DNA from: Candidatus Micrarchaeota archaeon
Lineage (GTDB): Archaea > Micrarchaeota > Micrarchaeia > Anstonellales > Bilamarchaeaceae
Direction of reading: 5' to 3'
Length of the DNA: 64,000 nt
Assembly (NCBI GenBank): GCA_038046805.1
Contig: JBBSVO010000004.1
Span: 32,001-96,000 of the forward strand
Below the pieces are notes generated by a model. It was not told the DNA's origin, ran no database searches, and was given only the letters and a program-made list of their open reading frames with translations. This document shows positions 19,689 to 29,302 of the stretch, one piece after another (the first letter of the stretch is position 1; each line of letters begins with the position of its first letter). The translations under genes were made by a program, and so were the position numbers.

Positions 19689-21386
19689 TTAACATGAGAA
19701 GATGAATATTAATTTCGCCTTTGTCTTTTTGTCTAGTCTGCAGAAACCAAACCTTTCAAACTGGATTACGTCGCCTTCTTTAAGTTCCAAACAGGTTTTT
19801 TCACATAAACCAGAAACGATTTCAAGGCTGTTTTCACGATAATTACCTGAATCATCAACCAAATCCTTTGGAACAAGAACCTCGCACCTGATACTGTCCT
19901 TTGTTACCCATTGCAACTTTTTTTCTACGATTCCATCTCCTGTAAATTCGCAGACTGGGGTTTTCCCTTTTTTACCAAGCCGGACATTGTACAAGTCCTT
20001 TAACCTAAAAATCTCGCCTTCGGAGATTGAATCGTAATCCCGTTGCGGAATGAAAAATTCATTGTTTACGTCCAATTCGCGAGTTCCGAGCAAAGGATTT
20101 TTTGGATGTAAATTAAGAGTCAGCTTCTTTTTTTCCGCACCCTTTACTTTTATTTTGACTGGATTCGGTACGAAAAAATAATGCCTTGCGGTTGGATCAA
20201 GAAGCTTTCGATTTTCAACAAGAAGAGCTTCCCACGTTGGTTCGCTTTCAACTTTTGAAATTCCGAACGAAAGAACGAACTTTTTAACTGCTTCTGGCAG
20301 GATCCCGCGTCTGGCAAGACCTTTCAGAGTCGGAAGCCGTGGGTCATCCCAGCCCATGACCTTATTTTCCTTTACAAGCGGGGTAAGAAGCCGTTTTGAT
20401 ATTGGCGCGTTCTTTATCTGAAGGCGGGAAATTTCAACAAGATGCGGTTTTTTGTATCCGAGCGCATCGAACAACGTGAAATAAAGTTCGTCTCTTAGTT
20501 CGTATTCCTTTGTCCTTAGAGGATGGGTTATGCCTTCAATTGCATCCATTACAACTACTGCGAGATCATAAGATGGCCAAACAGAATATTTTTTCTTTTG
20601 TCTGTAATGTGACGAGGAAAGAATTCTTGCAAGTGCGGGATCGCGCATTACAGTATTTTCTGAGCTAAGGTTCCCCCTAAACCTAAGAATTGCCTTTCCT
20701 TCATCTATTTTTCCGGATTTCAATTTGTTCCAGAGCTCAAGATTTTGAGTAGGACCATTGCTTCGGCAGGCACAGGGATTTTTTTCTGCCCGGTTTTTGC
20801 TAATTTCATCCTGCGTGCACGTGCAAATATATGCTTTTTCCATTTGGATTAATTTTTCCGCGGCCTCGTAAATGCGCGGCAGGTTATCAGAGGTATAACT
20901 TTCACTCGCCCACTCAATTCCAAGCCATTTTAGCCCTTCTTTTAATGCTTCCACATATTCCTGGGATTCCTTTTCCGGATTAGTATCATCAAAGCGCAGT
21001 ACCATCTTGCCGCCATATTGCTTTGCAATTTCATAATCAATGCATGCTGCTTTTGCATGGCCAATATGAGGGTAGCCGGACGGTTCTGGAGGAAACCTCG
21101 TTACTACGTGCCCCTGAACAGCATTTGGAACATCAAAACCTTTTTTTTCTTCTTTTGGTTTTTCCGCAAATTCAAAACTAGAGAGTTGCTTTGCCAGGTC
21201 GTCTTTTGTGAGGTGACTTATTTCCGCAATTACATCGTTTATCTTCTTCATTGTTGATTTCATATCCGTCTTTGCATCTGGAAATTCAGCAATAACCTTA
21301 CCTACGACTGCACCCGGATTCGCCTTTCCGTAATCAAAGGCATTTTTTAGTGCATGCTTGCGGATAGTTTGTTCAAGATTAATCAT
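19689..21386 (-). CDS. gltX: Glutamyl-tRNA synthetase (archaeal type)
   Basis: RFPPEPSGYPHIGH, RFDDTNP, ISKR, GWDDPRLPT, QFERFGF. Confidence 0.95.
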   Translation of the reverse strand: MINLEQTIRKHALKNAFDYGKANPGAVVGKVIAEFPDAKTDMKSTMKKINDVIAEISHLTKDDLAKQLSSFEFAEKPKEEKKGFDVPNAVQGHVVTRFPPEPSGYPHIGHAKAACIDYEIAKQYGGKMVLRFDDTNPEKESQEYVEALKEGLKWLGIEWASESYTSDNLPRIYEAAEKLIQMEKAYICTCTQDEISKNRAEKNPCACRSNGPTQNLELWNKLKSGKIDEGKAILRFRGNLSSENTVMRDPALARILSSSHYRQKKKYSVWPSYDLAVVVMDAIEGITHPLRTKEYELRDELYFTLFDALGYKKPHLVEISRLQIKNAPISKRLLTPLVKENKVMGWDDPRLPTLKGLARRGILPEAVKKFVLSFGISKVESEPTWEALLVENRKLLDPTARHYFFVPNPVKIKVKGAEKKKLTLNLHPKNPLLGTRELDVNNEFFIPQRDYDSISEGEIFRLKDLYNVRLGKKGKTPVCEFTGDGIVEKKLQWVTKDSIRCEVLVPKDLVDDSGNYRENSLEIVSGLCEKTCLELKEGDVIQFERFGFCRLDKKTKAKLIFIFSC

Positions 21387-21971
21387 TTAGATCGCCCACC
21401 CTGCTCGTATATATGAAATCCCCAATGCTATCAAAAGCAATCCCATTATCTTTGAAAATACGAAGATAATTTTATCCCCGAGTATTTTTTTAACACGGAT
21501 CGCATTTCTCAGTATTATCAAAGAGATAAATAGTGTGGCAGACAATGCAATTAAGACATTCCCTATGGCAAATGTTTGAACCATTATTATCAAGCTGCTG
21601 ATTAGACCCGGACCGGTTAAGAGAGGTGTTGCTATGAGCACCGCCACGGAATCAACCACATCTTTTTTATTGTGTCCATTTGACAGAGTAAAGTTCAAAA
21701 CATTTTCTAAACCTAACAAAACAAGAACCATGCCCCCGGCAATCTTGAAATCCGAAAGGGTTATGGAGAGGATTTTAAGTATCTCCATTCCTCCGAAAAC
21801 GAAGATAAAGGCTATGACTGCAGCAATCAAAACAGCTTTGTTGGCAGTACTCTTCATCTCTTCTTCTTTACAATTCCTTGTCAGCATGAGAAATGGGGGA
21901 ATACTGGCAAACGGATCCATTATGATGAATAAGGTTATGAATGGAATGAACAACGAAATTAATTCGACCAT
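21387..21971 (-). CDS. MarC-family membrane protein
   Basis: IMDPFASIP, FKIAGG, PLLTGPG, KIMGLLL. Confidence 0.92.
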   Translation of the reverse strand: MVELISLFIPFITLFIIMDPFASIPPFLMLTRNCKEEEMKSTANKAVLIAAVIAFIFVFGGMEILKILSITLSDFKIAGGMVLVLLGLENVLNFTLSNGHNKKDVVDSVAVLIATPLLTGPGLISSLIIMVQTFAIGNVLIALSATLFISLIILRNAIRVKKILGDKIIFVFSKIMGLLLIALGISYIRAGWAI

Positions 21972-22078
21972 AAATATAGGTTAAAGAGGTTAGATTTATA
22001 AATTACAGTTTCCCGCAGAAGTGCAAAAACAAATGAGGCCTGGCAGGCGGATGCAGTTAATCTTCAAATAAAAAAATT

Positions 22079-22319
22079 TGGGGTCGCCGAGATTCGTTCA
22101 ACTCTTTTGCGCCAAAGACGGAAAAGGGTTCTTGAACTCAGATCTCTGCCTTTTTATAGCCGTTTTGACTCGTGATGCTCCAGGGTTTTCCGCTGAAGCG
22201 CTTTTGCCCTGATGTTTCATTTGTCAAAAGGGCTCCCCGAAGGCAGAAGTCTACCAGGTTAGCACAGTGCCCTCAAGACCCGAAACCCGAGACTCAAGAC
22301 ACTATTAGCCCACGACCCC
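22079..22319 (-). tRNA. tRNA-Pro(CGG) with three introns (~14/15: 22260-22305; 37/38: 22152-22235; 58/59: 22094-22131)
   Basis: Spliced 73-nt sequence GGGGTCGTGGGCTA|ACCTGGTAGACTTCTGCCTTCGGG|AGGCAGAGATCTGAGTTCAA|ATCTCGGCGACCCCA folds into a cloverleaf with an A15-U48 Levitt pair. Canonical BHB at 58/59; first-intron boundaries uncertain by a few nt. Confidence 0.88.
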
Positions 22320-22328
22320 GAATTAATT

Positions 22329-23192
22329 TTAGATTACTGCAGCTAACAATAATCCAATTAATCCAATAAATAAGAACAAGAGGCTTAAATTTCTTGCCTT
22401 TTTTAGAACTGAATGAGTTGATTCTGTGAAAACGACATATGCGAGATATAAGACTCCCAAATCCGCGATTGCTACGAGTGCGAGCGGAACAATGTCTGTT
22501 TTTAGTCCGAAATAGAACGGAGCGAATGCGAGCGGAACAAAAACAACGTATAGTAATGCGGCGAATTTGCGTGCGTTGTCTGCACCGATTAAGATTGGAA
22601 GCGTGTTTGATTTTCTTGCTTTCTTGTCCCCTTCCATGTCTTCAACTGATTTTATTATTTCCCGTGCGACTCCTGCAATAAACGCGATTGCGAAAATTGA
22701 TAGGATGACGGGACTAAAGTTGATTGAATTCCGTACGACCACGCTTCCGAACAAGAACGGAATTGCCATACTTAGTCCGATATATATGTTTCCGGCAAGC
22801 GGCAAATCCTTTAATTTGTAATTATACGCGATTGCGAGAATGTTGAATATGAATGCGATTCCGAACGCGTAAATATTAATTAGAGCCGCGATTACGGTTG
22901 AAAACACCAGTGCAATTATTGAAAACCAAAGTGCGAATGCCGGAGAAAGTTCTCCTCTAACGAGCGGGCGATCTTCTCTTTTGTTTATCCTGTCCGATTC
23001 CACGTCAAGATAATCGTTCAATGCAAATGAGCCCATTTCACTGAAGATTGGGACTAAAAGCGAGAGAAGGATAACGAACGAGAATAGTGGTATCGAGCCG
23101 CCTGCAATTATTTCTCCTATCAGCACTGCTATTGCAAACATTATCGCATGCTCGAAACGAGTAAGACGAAGGAATGCTGAGAGTGAGACCAT
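22329..23192 (-). CDS. UbiA-family prenyltransferase (probable DGGGP synthase)
   Basis: NDYLDVESDRINKREDRPL, REIIKSVEDMEGD. Confidence 0.9.
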   Translation of the reverse strand: MVSLSAFLRLTRFEHAIMFAIAVLIGEIIAGGSIPLFSFVILLSLLVPIFSEMGSFALNDYLDVESDRINKREDRPLVRGELSPAFALWFSIIALVFSTVIAALINIYAFGIAFIFNILAIAYNYKLKDLPLAGNIYIGLSMAIPFLFGSVVVRNSINFSPVILSIFAIAFIAGVAREIIKSVEDMEGDKKARKSNTLPILIGADNARKFAALLYVVFVPLAFAPFYFGLKTDIVPLALVAIADLGVLYLAYVVFTESTHSVLKKARNLSLLFLFIGLIGLLLAAVI

Positions 23193-23243
23193 AAACAATT
23201 CATGATGTTCATCTTTATAAATCTTAAACAAATGAAATATTTT

Positions 23244-23720
23244 ATGAACAAAATATTCATGAGTATTATTCTAGTTGGAGTGCTGCTGTTTGCTGGTTGC
23301 GTAAACGTTGCTGATACATCCGAAACCAAAAAGGATAGTTCCAAACAAAAAACCTTAACATATGTTGAAAAAACTACGGAAGATACAAAAACAACCAAAA
23401 CAGAACCTGCCAAGAATAGCATGGTCTTAGAAGATGGAACAATCTTATATGAAGGCAGTTCTACTGTAGATCAGAACGTCTACGGATTTTACCGTATGAA
23501 CAAAAATGGGATCCCGGAAGTTCGTATATGTAATAATTATAATTCAACGAAACACATAACATTAGATGTAACCTCTGAGATTGATAAAAATACGAATCTG
23601 GTCTATAGCTATTTTGTTGATATTGCAGGGGCTAACTGCAGCAAAATGACCAATCTGCAAGATAAAACCTATGAAATAACTGATGTCAAAATCTTAGAAG
23701 TAGGAGAACCTATAAAGTGA
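23244..23720 (+). CDS. Hypothetical lipoprotein
   Basis: Lipobox LFAGC and T/K-rich linker. Confidence 0.7.
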   Translation: MNKIFMSIILVGVLLFAGCVNVADTSETKKDSSKQKTLTYVEKTTEDTKTTKTEPAKNSMVLEDGTILYEGSSTVDQNVYGFYRMNKNGIPEVRICNNYNSTKHITLDVTSEIDKNTNLVYSYFVDIAGANCSKMTNLQDKTYEITDVKILEVGEPIK

Positions 23721-23763
23721 ACTTAGAGTCAATCTTTTAATTCCTCTCTTCCTATTGAAACGC

Positions 23764-24720
23764 ATGGCAAACTCTTACAAGGTCGAACTCATTTCCCAGG
23801 AGCAGAAAGAAACCGAAATGCGCCGAATATACAAGGGCGCACTTTACCAGAAAAAAGCGGACATTCACGGTACATGCGTCAAATTCTTCACAGATAATCA
23901 ACAATTCAAGGAGATGTGGGAAGATAATTTCAGGCATATGCTGGAAGGAATAAGGCCGCATTGCCGGATTTTCTCGGTTTCGGATTCAGCTGGAAATGGC
24001 GCGAAACGATTGCGAGTTTTGTACGAGCCGCTCTCAAAAACAGTTATCGTGAAAAACTGCGGCTACTATGGCTGGGTAAAAAGCATCGCGCTTGCGCTTG
24101 TCGCGGATTTTTTCGAGGATTTCACATCCGAGCACCGCAGATATTCAATCCATGGTTCTTTTGTTGATTTTGGCGGGCGTGGAATTGCGATAATTGGTCC
24201 GAGCGGAAGCGGGAAAACAACGCTTACTTATGGTTTGCTTCTTGGTCGCGGGGCTAATTTCGTTACTGATGACTGGTTTTTTGTGAGATTAATGGGCGAG
24301 GATACGCTCGTTTTCTCATCAGAAAAGAATTCCTACATTCGGGATGATTTAGCACATAATTGGCCAACACTTGCTGCAAAACTACATGGGATTTCAAAGG
24401 ATGCTCACGGACGCTCGGTTGTTGATGTAAAACACATTTTCGGAGAGGAAAAAGTGCGTGAACGGTCAGTAATGCAAGCTATCGTACTCCTGACACGAGA
24501 AAAAGGAAAACAACCATTTGCGAAACTGACTGCGATGCAAGCCGTGGCGTTCCTGAAAAAGAATGATTTTTGTAATCCACACCAGCTCAGGCGGGACAAA
24601 AAGAAAATGAAGACAAGGGCGCAATTCTTCAGCGAATTATTTTCACGCGTTCCAGTTTATCTTCTCAATACGATTGAAACACCAAAAGAGAGTTTGGAAA
24701 GGATTAAAGGGATTCTATAA
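23764..24720 (+). CDS. HPr kinase-related P-loop kinase
   Basis: IHGSFV...IIGPSGSGKTT...FVTDDW. Confidence 0.75.
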   Translation: MANSYKVELISQEQKETEMRRIYKGALYQKKADIHGTCVKFFTDNQQFKEMWEDNFRHMLEGIRPHCRIFSVSDSAGNGAKRLRVLYEPLSKTVIVKNCGYYGWVKSIALALVADFFEDFTSEHRRYSIHGSFVDFGGRGIAIIGPSGSGKTTLTYGLLLGRGANFVTDDWFFVRLMGEDTLVFSSEKNSYIRDDLAHNWPTLAAKLHGISKDAHGRSVVDVKHIFGEEKVRERSVMQAIVLLTREKGKQPFAKLTAMQAVAFLKKNDFCNPHQLRRDKKKMKTRAQFFSELFSRVPVYLLNTIETPKESLERIKGIL

Positions 24721-24744
24721 GTTTAGTCGTCCCAATCCCGCATA

Positions 24745-25875
24745 CTAAGCTGGGTGATAATATCGTTTCAAAGACTCGCAATCATGACATTCATAAAACT
24801 CCGTAAGATGCTTTTGAATTTCAGATTTTGTGCTGTTGAATACTTGTCTCCAGAATTGCTTCTGTAACCTTCTTTCAGGAATAATCTGATTCGCATATCT
24901 CGCAATATGCATCATTGCCATTTCATCCTCACGCTTTGGAATTCCAGTTCTTATTTTGTAAAAAACTCTGGAGAATATGCACGTAACTAGTTTTGTATTT
25001 GAAGACGGGATACTCGCCGTGGCCATTTTCATAATAGCATTATAAAAACGAAGTAATTCGATATCTTTTTGGAATACTGAAACTATAGCCCTGCCCGCAG
25101 AACGGCTCTCAGTATATGGAATTGCAAGGTCTTCGGTCAAACGGATCAGGCACGCATTTCGATCCATTCTGTCCGCAAAACTCCTAACTTTAAGCGTATG
25201 AAACTGACCATATTCGCATTGCACTGTTTGTGTGTCCTGTTCCCATCGTGCAATGTCTTCCTTTGCTCTTCTCACTTCATCTTCATATTTAGTTTCCTCA
25301 TCCAAAATTTTATTTTGACAGTTCATACGTTTAAGTGAAACTGGAGATGGCCGTTCTATTATACCGTTATCGCGCATTCTACTCATAATGATTCTGATAG
25401 TGTTTATGCTAATCAATGGGTGGTTCGGTCTTATAGCATTAAAAACATCGAGAGGCAGTATTTCGTCTTTAGGAATCCCTTTACCAAGCATTTCCTTAAC
25501 TATAAACTCCTCTATGGTTTTCGCTTCTTCTTGGGTTGGAAGTGCCAAAACACACGCTTGCTGCAATAAATCTGGTTTTAGCAACGTGAGTACTCCTTCT
25601 TTTCTTAATTGAAGGAACAAACTTCTTACTTCAGATGATCGGATATCTGGATAACGCGGTTTTAAATCCCGCACTACCTCAGAGGCCATTAGGCTATCTG
25701 GGGCTGCACCCTCGTTAAGCATTTTAAGCACATGCTCACGTACGATGGCGTTAACCTCTTCTCTGCTTAGCGGTTTTGTGCATGGCTCATCAGGAGCAGG
25801 TTTTGCTGCAGCAGACATTCGTTTGACTGCAGGTGGCGGAGTAGGAGGAGCTGATTTAGTTGCTCGAACTGACAT
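24745..25875 (-). CDS. Orphan protein with Pro/Ala/Lys-rich N-tail and two wHTH-like repeats
   Basis: Repeats ...EVVRDLKPRYPDIRSSEVRSLFLQLRKEGVL and ...DVFNAIRPNHPLISINTIRIIMSRMRDNGII. Confidence 0.6.
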   Translation of the reverse strand: MSVRATKSAPPTPPPAVKRMSAAAKPAPDEPCTKPLSREEVNAIVREHVLKMLNEGAAPDSLMASEVVRDLKPRYPDIRSSEVRSLFLQLRKEGVLTLLKPDLLQQACVLALPTQEEAKTIEEFIVKEMLGKGIPKDEILPLDVFNAIRPNHPLISINTIRIIMSRMRDNGIIERPSPVSLKRMNCQNKILDEETKYEDEVRRAKEDIARWEQDTQTVQCEYGQFHTLKVRSFADRMDRNACLIRLTEDLAIPYTESRSAGRAIVSVFQKDIELLRFYNAIMKMATASIPSSNTKLVTCIFSRVFYKIRTGIPKREDEMAMMHIARYANQIIPERRLQKQFWRQVFNSTKSEIQKHLTEFYECHDCESLKRYYHPA

Positions 25876-25941
25876 GATATGAACTGTTGTGCAAAGGAAA
25901 TAAAAAGGATATTATTAGAATAGTATTGTGGTGAAGCTATT

Positions 25942-25982
25942 ATGGATTGAAATTTTTAAGAGAAAATTTCAAATATAAAAAT
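25942..25982 (+). promoter_or_regulatory. 41-bp duplicated promoter segment, copy 1, with palindrome TTGAAATTTT-N6-AAAATTTCAA
   Basis: 40/41 identical to 32113-32153. Confidence 0.75.
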
Positions 25983-25998
25983 TTATGGTGAAATTTTT

Positions 25999-26931
25999 AT
26001 GGTACGTAACATTACTCTTGGTCTAATCCAAATGAGCATGTCCACAGATAAGGATGCGAACTTAGCAAAGGCAGTGCGAATGATTGGGGAAGCTGCAAAG
26101 AAAGGCGCGGATATTGTTTGTTTGCCGGAATTGTTCAATGTTGTTTATTTTCCGCAGGAGGAAAAGGCGCAAGTTGAAGCCGAAGAAATTCCTGGAAAAA
26201 CAACTGCTGCACTAGCCGAGGCCGCGAAATCCAACCGCGTAGTTATTGTTGGCGGTTCAATTTTTGAAAGGGATACTACGGAAAAATTAGGAACGCGCGG
26301 AAAAACAACAAAAAATTACAATACAACTGCAGTCTTTGATGAAACCGGAAAGATGCTCGGAACATATCGGAAGATTCATGTTCCGCACGATGAGAATTTT
26401 TACGAGCAGAATTATTTTGAGCCGGGAGATTTGGGCTTCAAAACGTTCAAAATTGGCGGCAAGACACAAAACTCAAGACCCGAGACCCAAAACTCTAAAC
26501 AGGAGACCGAGAACTGGAAACTGGCAACCCTGATTTGTTACGACCAATGGTATCCAGAAGCCGCACGCAGTGTTGCATTGATGGGCGCTGAGATTGTTTT
26601 TTATCCAACTGCAATTGGAACAGTGCAAGGAATTGAGCAAACAGAAGGAGACTGGCATAACTCCTGGGAAACAGTAATGCGTGGCCATGCTATTGCAAAT
26701 GGAATGATTGTTGCAGCAGTGAACCGGGTCGGAACCGAAGGAAAAATGGATTTCTGGGGAGGCTCGTTTGTCTGTGATGCGTTTGGAAAAATAATCGCAA
26801 AGGGAAGCAGGGACAAGGAAGAGGTAATAATCGCTAAATGCGATATTGACCATGGTAAATCCGTGCGGGATGGATGGAGATTTTTCTATAACAGAAGACC
26901 GGAGACGTACGGAATGCTGACAAAAAAATGA
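25999..26931 (+). CDS. aguB: Carbon-nitrogen hydrolase, probable N-carbamoylputrescine amidase
   Basis: LPELF, YRKIHVP, ICYDQWYPE, FYPTAIG, RGHAIAN; close to agmatine deiminase. Confidence 0.85.
   Translation: MVRNITLGLIQMSMSTDKDANLAKAVRMIGEAAKKGADIVCLPELFNVVYFPQEEKAQVEAEEIPGKTTAALAEAAKSNRVVIVGGSIFERDTTEKLGTRGKTTKNYNTTAVFDETGKMLGTYRKIHVPHDENFYEQNYFEPGDLGFKTFKIGGKTQNSRPETQNSKQETENWKLATLICYDQWYPEAARSVALMGAEIVFYPTAIGTVQGIEQTEGDWHNSWETVMRGHAIANGMIVAAVNRVGTEGKMDFWGGSFVCDAFGKIIAKGSRDKEEVIIAKCDIDHGKSVRDGWRFFYNRRPETYGMLTKK
26461..26523 (+). repeat. In-frame heptamer tandem repeat inside aguB
   Basis: aagacac aaaactc aagaccc gagaccc aaaactc taaacag gagaccg agaactg gaaactg. Confidence 0.8.
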
Positions 26932-28247
26932 TAAAAGGTACAACCATGGGTGCACCAGAACCTAGGCAAAAGACTAAAGAGCCGACACGAGAAGAAATGC
27001 TAGCATTCGTGCGATCAGAGATAAATGTAAGGCCAGTAGCAATTGAGGATGTAAAAGATTTTATAAGAAAAAAATACGGCGATAACAAATTTGTCGCGTA
27101 CTTGTTATCTGGCATCACGTTTGATTATGTTCGTGATTATAGTTTATCATTACGCGCAGAATCAGATTTAGGAGAGTCTAAACTTAACAGTCCAGAATAT
27201 TCGTTTGGATGGAATAATTTTAACATTGTCACGCTGATTAGAACGGAACATCCTGTATTGAATGATGAGTATACAAATCTAATCAACACTAAAAATTTTG
27301 CAGTTATTTCGGAGAAGCTGCTTAAAGCATTATACGCGGTAATGCAAAAACAAAAAAAAGAACTGGAAGGCGAAAAGATCAAAGAAAGAATAATCGAGGC
27401 TACAGATCATGAGTTTGGGCATTTTATATTGTATAAAATTCAGACCAAAAAGGATAATTTTGGAATAGAATATGAAGAAATAGCGAAACACTTTACTCAA
27501 TTGATGCGAAAAAAGCAGGAACTTTTGGCCAGAATTGCAATGAACTATATTTCGTTATATTCGCAAGAGACTATAGCCAAGGTGATTAAGCGACTAGAAG
27601 ACGATTTTTTCGGTCCTATTGAAAAACCAGAAGATATCTGCCCAAATGGAAAGAAGATATTTGAGGAAATTGCAGAAACCGGGATTTCGTCAGAGATTAT
27701 AATTGCGGTTTCATCAAAAGAAATTTCTCCACGCATAACTAAAGATATGTGGGAACGATTATCTGAACGACTAGGCGAAAACGACCTAAGACGTTTAAAG
27801 TCTGAGGCAAAAACTGTTTCTGACCTGGATGGAAGAATTGGTTTAGGGGTTCAGATAGATGGTTCCGAATCTCGTGGCACTTGGATTACAGTAACGTATA
27901 GTAAAGAAGGCCATATGCTAGTCAAAAAGCATGGGTTAACCCCTGACCAGTACTTTCGATTTTCAAAGCTGCTGTCTTGTACGGCCATACGTGAAAGATT
28001 AATCCACGAATTGTTTGCAAGGTCTCTGGATTCTCTAACCGACGGTGAGGTGCAGGATAACTTTGAAAAGTTAAGGCCAGGAATAACGCATAAGGATCTG
28101 GAATTCTTTTCGCGTTTCGTATTTGAAGGAGAACCGATGTTTGATGTATTCATTAAGAGTATCGAACAGAAAATGAAGAAAGCAACGCCAAGAAAAATCG
28201 AAGAGGATGGAACTGATGCTAGAAGAAAACGACGAAACCCCGAATAA
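26928..28247 (+). CDS. Orphan HExxH zincin-like protein between aguB and aguA
   Basis: DHEFGH plus downstream HELFARSL; overlaps both neighbours. Confidence 0.65.
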   Translation: MIKGTTMGAPEPRQKTKEPTREEMLAFVRSEINVRPVAIEDVKDFIRKKYGDNKFVAYLLSGITFDYVRDYSLSLRAESDLGESKLNSPEYSFGWNNFNIVTLIRTEHPVLNDEYTNLINTKNFAVISEKLLKALYAVMQKQKKELEGEKIKERIIEATDHEFGHFILYKIQTKKDNFGIEYEEIAKHFTQLMRKKQELLARIAMNYISLYSQETIAKVIKRLEDDFFGPIEKPEDICPNGKKIFEEIAETGISSEIIIAVSSKEISPRITKDMWERLSERLGENDLRRLKSEAKTVSDLDGRIGLGVQIDGSESRGTWITVTYSKEGHMLVKKHGLTPDQYFRFSKLLSCTAIRERLIHELFARSLDSLTDGEVQDNFEKLRPGITHKDLEFFSRFVFEGEPMFDVFIKSIEQKMKKATPRKIEEDGTDARRKRRNPE

Positions 28248-29259
28248 ACTCGGCTATTGCATGCCTACTGAATGGGAACCGCACGAAGGCACGTGGATAT
28301 CCTGGCCAAAGGATCCGGACACGTTTCCGGTTGGCAAGATTCGCGATGGTGCGGAAAAAACATTCTCATTGATGATCAAGGCATTGCAGCAGCACGAAAA
28401 AATATTCCTAATTGTGAACGACGCAGCATCAGAAGCTCACGTGCGGAAAAAGCTTTCCGAGCACGGCGTCGGAACGAACAACGTAATCTTCCACAATATC
28501 AAGAGCGTTGATGTCTGGACACGGGATTACGCACCAATATTTGTAAAGAATGACGAGGGAAAGGTGGCTGCAATCCGATGGATCTTCAATGCATGGGGAA
28601 ACAAATGGGAAGATTTGCTTCCTGATAATGAAACCGGAAATAGGATTGCCGAAACAGTTGAAGCCTCGGGCATTCGAGTATTCCGCCCTGGAATCGTAAT
28701 GGAAGGCGGTTCAATAGATACGAACGGAAAGGGCGTTTTTCTCACCACAGAACAATGTCTTCTTAACAAAAATAGAAACCCGCATTTGAGCCGTGCGCAA
28801 ATCGAATCGTATCTACGCGATTATCTAGGTGCAACAAAAATCATCTGGCTAAAGGATGGCGTAGCAGGAGACGATACCGACGGGCACGTAGATGATTTCG
28901 CCCGTTTTGTGAACGAGAATACAGTTGTATGCGCAATGGAAGATGATCCGAACGATGAAAATCATGCTCCGCTCAAAGAAAACTTCGAACTACTAAAAAA
29001 AGCCGGATTTAATGTTGTTCCACTTCCGATGCCGCGAAGGATTGACTGCCCAGAGCGGAGATTGCCAGTAAGCTATGCAAATTTCTACATAGGAAATGGC
29101 GTCGTGCTGCTTCCAGTGTTTGATGATCCGAACGATGAAAAGGCAAAATCAATCTTACAAAAATTATTCCCAAATAGAAAAGTAATTGGAATACCTGCGG
29201 TTGATTTGGTTTATGGGTATGGCGGGATACATTGCGCGACACAGCAGCAGCCGAAATAA
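28207..29259 (+). CDS. aguA: Agmatine deiminase
   Basis: MPTEWEPH, WTRDYAP, FNAWG, EGGSI, DTDGHVD, SYANF, GGIHCATQQQP. Confidence 0.95.
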   Translation: MELMLEENDETPNKLGYCMPTEWEPHEGTWISWPKDPDTFPVGKIRDGAEKTFSLMIKALQQHEKIFLIVNDAASEAHVRKKLSEHGVGTNNVIFHNIKSVDVWTRDYAPIFVKNDEGKVAAIRWIFNAWGNKWEDLLPDNETGNRIAETVEASGIRVFRPGIVMEGGSIDTNGKGVFLTTEQCLLNKNRNPHLSRAQIESYLRDYLGATKIIWLKDGVAGDDTDGHVDDFARFVNENTVVCAMEDDPNDENHAPLKENFELLKKAGFNVVPLPMPRRIDCPERRLPVSYANFYIGNGVVLLPVFDDPNDEKAKSILQKLFPNRKVIGIPAVDLVYGYGGIHCATQQQPK

Positions 29260-29302
29260 TAAAGGATATGTTTAAAAGTGTTTAATTGTAATAATATCTT
29301 CT

